Shown here one piece after another: positions 25,774 through 35,667 of a stretch of DNA of 64,000 nucleotides. Below the pieces are notes generated by a model. It was not told the origin of the DNA. It searched no databases and saw only the letters and a program-made list of their open reading frames with translations. Every line of letters begins with the position of its first letter. Position 1 is the stretch's first letter. This DNA comes from Lytechinus pictus. Lineage: Eukaryota. The stretch lies in contig NC_087254.1 of assembly GCF_037042905.1 (NCBI RefSeq), forward strand, positions 30,566,001 to 30,630,000. The letters run 5' to 3'. Made by a program: the position numbers and the translations under genes.

Positions 25774-26915
25774 TGTTGCTGCGACGCAATGCGCGCATTA
25801 ATTGTTACGTAATCAGTGTCATTTTAATCTTGATTGCTGCGTCATGGTTGCCATGTATATTTGCGCATAATAATAATAATAATCATAATAGTTGCGCGCG
25901 TGTTATTAATATTTGTCATGGTTTCAGTATTAACGTCAAAAGGAAAATTAAAGGCTGTGTCAAGTATACAGAAAGAAACAGAAAGCCATATTTGGTAAGT
26001 TCGATTACTTTTATTATAGAATGGATGGGAAAATCCCTGCAATCTGATTGGTTGAGAGCAATGCAAGAATTTTTACTGGGCTGCATGAACGATATCCCGA
26101 TAATCAAAACGATAAACACTGTAAACAAGCTATCGTCCGAAAAGGTCATTGTGATGTCATCGCGCATGTCCTGTTACGCTTGTTTACGTCAAAATTTTGA
26201 ATATTCGATCAAGGCAGAATGAATCAAATAAAGGATGCAAAATGATCTGTAAGTACAAATACGTTACCGTAATTGTCATAGGGATTAAAACTGCCTGCAT
26301 ACTCGTTAGTTGAGAAGTCCAGACATACGATCTAACGTTTATAGATCTACTGGCACTGCCCTGGGCTGGCTGTGGCTGTGCACAGCCAAATCTCCAGTGC
26401 GGGCCCAGGCAGCCGTAGGCACTGGCCACCGGAGCGGCCCGGGCATACACACACAGCTATGCCTATGGCTGCCTCATAGATCTAGTCAATGCAAAGGCAA
26501 AGCTGTATCTGGCATTTTGGGTATAATGATGCCTTTGTGCCAACATATTATCAAGTTAGGTTATGCATCATTTGTATATTGGATTATTAATTGCACTCTG
26601 TTATTACCAAATATTTATTATGAGAATAATGATGAATCGATGTTGTTTTAATGTGAATGATGATGATTAACTAAATTATGTAAATATGAATCTAATGTGT
26701 AAACGAGAAGATAATATGTCTGTGTATTTATGATTCTTGTATATCTGTTCTATAATTTTCAGAATGTTATCTGCAACGCTTAATCTACAAAATAATTCTT
26801 CTGATCAAAATCGACAATCATCTATTATTAAAGAGTTTTTGTAAATCGTATATGAAACTCGTCCTGTCATTCGTCGTATATTATTGGAAACTCCTCTTGT
26901 ATAGAGGCAGCCACA
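25774..26915 (+). repeat. 5' LTR (577 bp plus 565-bp insertion)
   Basis: Matches 33271-33847 with no difference seen by eye apart from the insertion at 26016-26580. Confidence 0.93.
26016..26580. mobile_element. 565-bp non-autonomous element inserted in the 5' LTR
   Basis: Absent from the 3' LTR. TATT is duplicated at 26012-15 and 26577-80. Imperfect terminal IR TATAGAATGGATG / CATCATTTGTATA; 3' terminal hairpin 26521-26578. Confidence 0.85.
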
Positions 26916-26964
26916 ATAACATTCAAATTAAGCATCAAGCTGAATAACATTCAAAAAGCTGACA

Positions 26965-29900
26965 ATGGACATGATGGAGAGAAAAGATAAGCATGATAAG
27001 GAAGAATGCGGATCTCTCAAGTCAAAGTGCAGTTCCACGAGGACCGGAGTAAGTCTAGCGGTCTCTGTAGAGCTGGAAATGTTGGAGTTAAAAAAGAAGG
27101 CCGCCGCCATGCAAGCAAAATTGTCTTTCAAAGAAAAGGAAAAGAAAGTAAAGGAAATGGAAAGAAAAGCCAAGATGGCACAAGAAGCATACGAAGAGAT
27201 GCAAGATGCATTAGTCTGCGAGATAGAACTCGCAGAAAACGAAGCTAAGTTAGAAGTGCTGGAAGAATTTGGATTGGAGAAATCATCCCTATTGGAAGGA
27301 CTTGATATCAATAAAGAAGCTGATATGGATAGATTTCTGAAGTCATGCGAGGCAGATGTAACGCCTCCTCCAAATCTTGTAGCGGGGCAGTCGCCGCAGA
27401 ATTTCCAAGTACCTTCTACCCAACAGTCAGGATGGGAGCAGATTGCCAAATCACTGGAAAGATGTGTTACTCAGCTCGGCAACGTAAGTCTCCAACAATG
27501 TGCCGCTAATCAGGAAATGTCGGCATCTCTTCAGCTACCTAAGATAGACATTCCCATCTTTAATGGAGACCCCATGACCTACCCAATGTGGAAGCATGCA
27601 TTCATAAGTATGATAGATAGCAAGCCAATGGGATCTACCACCAAGTTGATGTACCTGAATAATTATGTAACAGGAAAACCAAAGGATGTCGTCCAGCATT
27701 TCATGCTGATAGGAAGTGAAGATGGCTATGAAAGAGCGATGAGTCTCATAAGTGAGAGATATGGAAATCCAAGCATCGTTAGCACAGCCTACATGAATAA
27801 ACTTGCCGCCTGGCCAAAGATAGGACCGAAGGATTCAAACGGTTTGATGGAGCTCGCAGATTTCCTAGGAAAAGTAAAGGCAGCAAAGCAATCAGTAAAA
27901 TCTCTTGGAATCTTAGATTATCCACAGGAGAATGCCAAACTTTTAGAGAAATTGCCTGTATATCTCGAAGGAAGATGGAGAGATGAGATTGACCGTCAGA
28001 GAGAAAACATCGACCAACAAGAATATCCATCATTCTCAAAGTTTGAAGAGTTTGTGAGAAGGGCAGCTAACAAGGCCAACATCCCTGAACTTGCAGGCCT
28101 CAGAGAAACCTCGAGAAGTCTTGGAGCATTGGGTCCTAAAGCAAGAACCTTCGCTACAGATGGAAGGGGGGTAAAATCGGAATGGTCGAAAAATGGAAGC
28201 TATGCAAACTGTCCTTGGTGTAAGGAAGACCATACCCTAGATGAATGTGATGATTTCGTCACCAAGCCTATGTATGACCGGAAGGCATTTTTCTTCAAGC
28301 GGAGACTGTGCATGGGATGTGGGATGACAGATAGTCATCGTATCAAGGAGTGCCAAGGTCGACGATCGTGCAAGGAATGTGGGGGTAGCCATCTGTCCTG
28401 TCTACACTATGCTACCAAGAAGACCGAGCATGCAGGGTTTGCCAACTGTACTACAGTATGCTCAATCCAGGATCAAAACGGCAGAGATCATAGTATGATT
28501 GTACCAGTCTGGGTGAGACATCAAGAAAATCCAAGTAAAGAGTGCCTTGTGTATGCAGTGCTTGATGATCAGTCAAATGTAAGCTTCATGTCAGAGAAAC
28601 TGCGTGAAAAACTCGGCGTAAAGGGAGCTTCAACAAATCTGCAGCTGACAACAATGCATGGAAGTTCTAACATCGAAAGTAAGAAAATCAAGGGTCTGGA
28701 GATACAAGACTATAATAAGGAGCATGTAATTCAACTACCAGTGGCCTTTGCAAGACAGGAAATACCAGCCAGCAGGTCACAAATACCCAAGAAGGAGGTG
28801 GTAAATCACTGGCCTCATCTTCGTCAAGTTGCGGATGAAATGATACCCTATGATAGAAACATTGATGTGTCACTCTTGATCGGAAATGATTGCCCAAGAG
28901 CTATCCGGCCTCGACAAGTAATCACTGGAGGGGAGGATGATCCCTATGCTCAAAAATCTCTCCTAGGTTGGGGAATTATTGGAAAAGTCTGCCTGACATC
29001 TGAAAGTTCAGGTGCTGTTGTTTGCAACAAAGCTACAAGTTGTGAGAGCGAGAAGTTTGCAGTCCCGTCAACAGCGAAAGAAATCCTCTGCCCGCAGAAA
29101 GTCATTGCGATTCTCGAAAAGGACTTTGCTGATGAAAACATGGGAGGGCAGTCTATCTCAATGGAGGACAAGAAGTTCCTGCGAATCATGGAGAAAGGAA
29201 TAAGGAAACGACCAGACGGACATTATGAGATGCCCCTCCCCCTCAAGACGCCTAACACATCGCTACCATACAATCGCAAAGTAGCAGAGAACCGATGGAA
29301 ACAACTAAATGCCAGGTTTAGAAGGAACCCAAAGTTTATGGAAGACTACATAGAATTCATGAAAGATGTGCTTGAAACATGTGCTGAAAGGGCTCCCTCT
29401 AGCTACAAACAAGGAAAGGTAAACTATGTACCCCATACTGGTGTCTATCATCCCAAAAAGCCAGGGAAAATACGTGTGGTCTTTGATTGCTCAGCAAAGT
29501 GTGAAGGAATCTCACTCAATGACAACCTCCTACAAGGACCAGACTTGACTAATGGCTTAGTTGGAGTACTGTGCAGGTTCCGCCAAGAAGAAGTTGCTGT
29601 CGTTGGAGACATCAAAGGAATGTTTCACCAATTCTTCGTGTCGGAGGAAGATCGGGACCTTCTCCGTTTCTTGTGGTGGGAAGATGGTGACCCAAACAAA
29701 AACGTGATCGAATACAGGATGAAGGTTCACCTATTCGGCGCTACTAGCTAGCTCACCTGGATGTGCTAACTATGGCTTCAAGAAAGCAGTAGATGATGGC
29801 GAAGCTGAGTTTGGGTCCAATGCAGCTTCATATATTCGAGATGACTTCTATGTCGACGACGGACTTAAGTCAGTCGCAACCCCAGATGAAGCCGTGAGTG

Positions 29901-32556
29901 TCATGAAAGCAAGTCAAGCAATCTGCAGTAAAGCTGGACTGAGATTACACAAGATAATGTCTAACAATAAGGAGGTTCTGCAGAGTTTTCCTATCGAAGA
30001 CAGAGGTAAGGGTATTGCTGACTTGGACCTAGAAGTTGATCCACTACCAATAGAGAGAGCATTAGGTGTATTCTGGTGCGTGGAAAGTGATACATTGCAG
30101 TTCCGAATTGAGCTTAAAGATCGCCCTCTTACTAGACGGGGAGTTCTATCCACTGTTGGCTCAATTTATGACCCTATCGGCCTTGCAAGTCCAGTGACTC
30201 TGAGAGGAAAACAGATTCTCCAGGACCTCTGCAGAAGGAAACTTGATTGGGACAGCCCCTTACCCGATGACGTCCGACCACAGTGGGAGAAATGGAGATC
30301 TGAAATAAGTGAACTCGAGAAACTAAACGTCCCAAGATGCTACAAGCCTCCAAACTTCGGCAAAGTAAAGCGTACGGAGTTACATCACTTTTCAGATGCA
30401 AGTTTTGATGGTTACGGACAGTGCTCTTATATTCGCCTGGTGAATGAAGAGGACAAAGTGTGTTGCTCTCTCGTGACAGCCAAATCAAGAGTAACCCCAC
30501 TCAGACAGATGACTATTCCCAGACTCGAACTGACGGCTGCCACTGTATCAGCAAAGATGAGTACATTTCTAAGGAAAGAATTGACAGTGGCTAAACCTCA
30601 AGAATTCTTCTGGACAGATAGTCAAGTAGTCTTGGGTTACATTCGTAACGAAGCAAGGAGATTCCATGTCTTCGTGGCAAATAGGGTGCAACAGATACAT
30701 GACGAAACAAACCCCAAAAGATGGTTCTATGTGAACACAGAAGACAACCCTGCTGATGAGGCGTCTCGAGGGATGACAGCAAAGGAGCTCGTTGAAAGTA
30801 GCCGCTGGCTGGTTGGACCGAAGTTTCTTCATGAGAAAGGAGAATTCAAGATTCCTACAGAGCAGTATAAAGCCAGCTGTGAGAAAGATGACCCAGAAGT
30901 TAGACATGTGTCGACCTTGTCTACAATGACTGCTAGAGCCAACCACTTCGAGATTAGTCGCCTCCAGCATATCTCAAGCTGGCAACGTGCCAAGAGAGTG
31001 GTAGCACTATGTATGATGTTCAAAAGTAAACTACGAAAGAGAGAAGTGAAGAGGAAGACAAGCCCTAAATTGAACCGTCCACTCCAACGTGTTATCTTGA
31101 CAGTTGCAGAAGTCGATGCAGCAGAAACTGAAATAATCCGAAACTTGCAGATAGAACATTTTCGTGACGAATTGATGGTACTTCGCAACTTAGGCTCTGG
31201 TGAGCAAAATGACAGACAGACAGCAAGAAAGAGAAACAGTGAAATCAAGCCAATCAGTTCTCTATATCGTCTAGATCCATACATTGGCAGTGATGGTATC
31301 ATGCGAGTTGGTGGAAGAATCGACAAAGCTGCCGTACCTGACGAAATCAAGCATCCCGTCATCATGCCGAGAAATTCTCATATGACGACATTGCTCATAA
31401 GACACAAGCATGAGCAGGTTCACCACATGGGAAGAGGAATCACACATAATCAACTGAGACAAAATGGATACTGGGTGATTGGTGGTTCTTCTGCAGTTTC
31501 CAGTATCATATCAAAGTGTGTCTTGTGCAGAAAAATGAGAGGACCATTGCAGCAACAGAAGATGGCAGATCTGCCAAAAGATCGCCTAGAACCGGCACCC
31601 CCATTCACATACTGTGCTGTGGACTACTTTGGACCTTTCAACATCAAAGAAAAAAGAAGTATTGTGAAAAGATATGGAGTACTTTTCACTTGTATGGCAT
31701 CAAGAGCCATTCATCTAGAAGCAGCAAATAGTCTCACAAGCAGTAGCTTCATCAACTGCCTCCGGCGGTTCCTCACTCGTCGTGGACCAGTCAGACAGAT
31801 CAGATCTGATAGAGGGACTGCTTTCGTTGGCGCTAGAAACGAGTTGCGGGAAGCAATGAGAGAGTTGGACCAGGAATCTATCCAGACGTATCTACTAGAG
31901 AATGGAGTTGATTGGATACCCTTCCAGATGAACACGCCGAGTGCATCTCACATGGGAGGAGTTTGGGAGCGCCAGATTGGTACAGTACGCAGAGTCCTTG
32001 AACCCCTCCTCATGAATTCAGGGTCACAACTAGATGATGAATCCTTCCAGACGTTCCTTACTGAAGTGGAGTCAGTTGTCAATTCCAGACCACTGTCTAC
32101 AGCTAATCTATGTGCAGGAGATGCCCCTGAACCGTTGACTCCGAACCATCTTCTAACCATGAAGGCAAAAGTTGTGATGCCTCCCCCAGGCAAGTTTCAG
32201 CGAGAAGACGTGTATGCTCGGAAGTGGTGGCGTCGTGTGCAGTATCTAGCGAACGAATTCTGGAGTAGATGGAAGCGTGAATATCTCCAAGACATCCAAA
32301 CAAGACAGAAGTGGGTCCATCCAAAGCGTGACCTCGCGATAGGCGACATTGTCATTGTAAAAGACTGCAGCGATACTCGAAGTCAGTGGCCACTAGGAAG
32401 AGTGACAGAAGCCTACAAATGTGATGACGGCCGAGTTCGTAAAGTGAAACTGATCATGGCTGATCGCGATCTTCGAAAAGACGGTAAACGTAAGCATGAG
32501 CCTAGATTTTGGAAAGACCCATACATAAGCTCGTTTTGATCCTAGCAGATGACTAG
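26965..32556 (+). pseudogene. BEL gag-pol polyprotein (Gag zinc knuckles, protease, RT, RNase H, integrase) with two frameshifts
   Basis: Three Cys/His knuckles (CPWCKEDHTLDEC, CMGCGMTDSHRIKEC, CKECGGSHLSCLH). Protease YAVLDDQS; RT RVVFDCSA..DIKGMF..FGATSSP..YVDD; RNase H HHFSDAS..PRLEL..WTDS..NPAD; integrase H-H-C-C and DYFGP..SD..E. A TAGC duplication at 29745-52 and a 1-nt loss at ~32507 break the frame; the restored end is LERPIHKLVLILADD*. Confidence 0.93.
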
Positions 32557-33270
32557 ATTTGTTCTTAATGTGATACTGACACTATAACAGAAAGAGACTG
32601 CTTTTTACATGGGCTAGTATAATCTACGCGAAAGACATTTAGGGATTCCCCCGCAAGGAGCCAAACACAAGAACAATTATACTGTTATATTATTATCGTT
32701 TATTTTTATATCAATAGGCAATTAGCAGATTGATATGCAAAGTTATTGATAGCTTGGAAAATTGTTTCTGTGCTTTTTGAATATGTGATATTTCATTTTG
32801 GTTTGTTCAACCAAATAAGCGAAACATTGCTTATATTGCAACGTGCATTATTTGGCATGATACATATACAAATTTAATATATTATATTCTTGATGTTTCA
32901 AGAATCAAATTGGATCAAGGAAATGCATTTGAAAAGAAAAAAAGGCTTGCTATATTTTGAGATATCGTTCAAAATATTGTATTATGCATTCTTTTATTTA
33001 TCATTTTATGATTTTATCGTATAGTTTTGACCTGAATGTGCTTTCGAACGTTTGAAACTTCGAACTATTAGAATTATTCACTTATCAAACTGTGATGAGA
33101 GCATGCAAGCATAATACTAAAGCATGAATACTTTATTGTTTATTGATATTTTTAAAAGTGGTTTATAGTATTGTTATTTTTATGCAAGCGCTATAGATAT
33201 TTCTAATTGAAGTTTATAAGTATATATATATATATAAGTAACTGTTTTGGATAATCAGTTAAAGGAGCCA

Positions 33271-33847
33271 TGTTGCTGCGACGCAATGCGCGCATTAATT
33301 GTTACGTAATCAGTGTCATTTTAATCTTGATTGCTGCGTCATGGTTGCCATGTATATTTGCGCATAATAATAATAATAATCATAATAGTTGCGCGCGTGT
33401 TATTAATATTTGTCATGGTTTCAGTATTAACGTCAAAAGGAAAATTAAAGGCTGTGTCAAGTATACAGAAAGAAACAGAAAGCCATATTTGGTAAGTTCG
33501 ATTACTTTTATTGGATTATTAATTGCACTCTGTTATTACCAAATATTTATTATGAGAATAATGATGAATCGATGTTGTTTTAATGTGAATGATGATGATT
33601 AACTAAATTATGTAAATATGAATCTAATGTGTAAACGAGAAGATAATATGTCTGTGTATTTATGATTCTTGTATATCTGTTCTATAATTTTCAGAATGTT
33701 ATCTGCAACGCTTAATCTACAAAATAATTCTTCTGATCAAAATCGACAATCATCTATTATTAAAGAGTTTTTGTAAATCGTATATGAAACTCGTCCTGTC
33801 ATTCGTCGTATATTATTGGAAACTCCTCTTGTATAGAGGCAGCCACA
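33271..33847 (+). repeat. 3' LTR (577 bp)
   Basis: Direct repeat of the 5' LTR, TG...CA. Confidence 0.95.
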
Positions 33848-35297
33848 AGTTATATGCACAATCTAGAGACATGCAAATGAGAGAGTCGATGTCCCGCACT
33901 CACTTTTTCTTTTGTTTCTTATTATTTGAATTGTACAATATTTAAATTTTTACAGATTTTGCAATAATAACTAACTCGACTGAACCATAAAGTGCATGGT
34001 AATTGTACATGTTCAGGGAGGAATAAAATATTGTTTCACGTACAGGACAATGAATTAAAAAAAATTGAATTTTCATATTTCAGATAATAAAATTTAAAAG
34101 AAATAGTGAGTGATGTCATCACTCCCCTAATTTGCATACAGACCAGGATGGGCAGATAAATGATTTGTGAAATTAAACGAAATTAATTTTAAAATGTCAG
34201 TTTCTTATTTTATACATCCGATTCTGATGAAATTTTCAGTATTTTGCTTGTTGGATTCTCCTATTATTAAAATCAACTTTCTGTTGGGGTGGACTTGTCC
34301 TTCAAGGCCTAGGCTTTATAGCCTAAGGGGGGGGGGGGTTCTTCTTTTTATTTGGCAACCAGTCAATTTAATTGACTATTTTCGCCATCATAAATATTAT
34401 AATATTATTCACGTTTGTTTTCTTTAAGGAAAAAAAAATATATAAAGTAAAATTCAAATATTCATTTTTTCCTTCTTCTTTTCTTTCCTCTTCCTCTTTT
34501 TTTTTTTTTTTTGGGGGGGGGGTTAGGGTACAAGGATTTAAAGTCGAGTAGGTGTGTCTAAAAAAATTAAAACCAGGGCTTTTACTGAAAATATGTTAGA
34601 TATATAGGCCTACTATAGTATGCAAGTAAACAGTACACAAGGCATTATATAGGCTGTACATTCAGACCCTTAACTCGTGTGAAGGGTTTGCACAGTAAGG
34701 GGGATAGGCCTACATTTTTTTTTATTCGGCCCATTTCAGCTAGGAGGCAGATGACGGAGTGGTCTATACGTACTGCATGTAACTATGACTTCTTTCGTAA
34801 AAATTGAATGGTAAAAAGGGATTAAAAAGTTGTCAGATTTTTTATATTGACTATGTAGGGCCTATTTGCAGGGGCGGAAATCTCTCCCAAAAGGTAGGGG
34901 GACAATAGGCTGAAAAATTTGACAAGCAAAAAAAAAAAAAAAAAAGAAAGGTTATCACCCCCAATTTAAGGTCATTTCGACGAAAATAAATTTGACCAAA
35001 AAAAAAAAAAAAAAAAAAAAGTAAGGTGATCTTGTATAATACACGGTTTATTTCGATTTTGAATGATGTATTTCCTACCATCATAAAACACAAATAGTAG
35101 GGGGGACATTTGATATTGTGTTCCCTCTACTATTTTGAGTAGGGGAGACACGTCCCCCCTGTCCCTCCTGGGATTTCCGCCCATGTGTATTTGTGGTTTA
35201 ACCATCGACTGTGTCACTTGCACTTACATGTATAATAAAATAATGTATTCATAATTGTTATTGTTTTAGTATATAGCTGACACTGCGATCTGTTTTG

Positions 35298-35503
35298 ATT
35301 GGTCTTACAGTAAATGTCAGGCCGGGATATGTAAAATATATTTTGAAGTGTAAAGCGGGGAGTGGAAACATTAAATCGGACTATTTTGAGTAATATTTCT
35401 TTGGGCAAAAATCTGAAATGTCTTTGGCAAAGACTAGGAGCGTCTAGTCAAATAATTGCCCCCACCCCCTCGATCCTAGATCTGGCCTGGCGCCAAATTT
35501 GAA
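35298..35503 (+). promoter_or_regulatory. TK1 promoter: inverted CCAAT, E2F site and CHR
   Basis: ATTGG 35298-35302; GCGGGA 35355. TGGCGCCAAA (35488-97; TTTGGCGC E2F on minus) immediately followed by TTTGAA (35498-503), i.e. GGCGC-4nt-TTTGAA. Confidence 0.7.
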
Positions 35504-35667
35504 CAACGACGCGACGCGCGCTGCTCATTTTCCAGCCGCCTTCTAATTCTTCCAACATCCGATCCAGATCCAGTCCCGTACTCCGACCGTAGTCGTAGAA
35601 AATTAGTCGGAATATTTTTTGTCATTCTTTCATCTTTACCTCATCTGGGCCTGTATATCCAATAATC

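Larger units (their letters stand above)
25774..33847 (+). mobile_element. BEL/Pao LTR retrotransposon, near full length (8074 bp)
   Basis: TG...CA LTRs at 25774-26915 and 33271-33847. Terminal inverted repeat TGTTGCTGC/GCAGCCACA. 5-bp TSD AGTTA (25769-73, 33848-52). PPT-like AAAGGAGCCA before the 3' LTR. Internal gag-pol. Confidence 0.96.
25617..34301. mobile_element. TTAA-target (Kolobok-like) MITE interrupted by the BEL retrotransposon
   Basis: Left TTAA|AAGTCAAGTCCACC, right GGTGGACTTGTCCT|TCAA. Removing 25774-33852 restores sequence collinear with the copies at 55489 and 62233 (..AAAACAGTTATATGCACA..). Confidence 0.8.

Noticed and set aside
25749-26222. 157-aa ORF and its 110-aa twin at 33270, with a signal-peptide-like start (env candidate)
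   Set aside because: Both lie within the LTRs, start at the LTR edge, include an (AAT)n run and diverge at the insertion. No env features are present.
29745-29752. Programmed gag-pol readthrough or frameshift
   Set aside because: The break is in the middle of RT, is exactly explained by a TAGC duplication and has no slippery heptamer. BEL elements normally have a single ORF.
26928-32324. Multiple minus-strand ORFs within the retroelement
   Set aside because: They are antisense shadows of gag-pol with no recognisable domains.
24030-35667. AFMID orthologue head-to-head with TK1, as in mammals
   Set aside because: No alpha/beta-hydrolase exons (HGG, GxSxG motifs) were recognised; the interval is filled by repeats and the BEL element.
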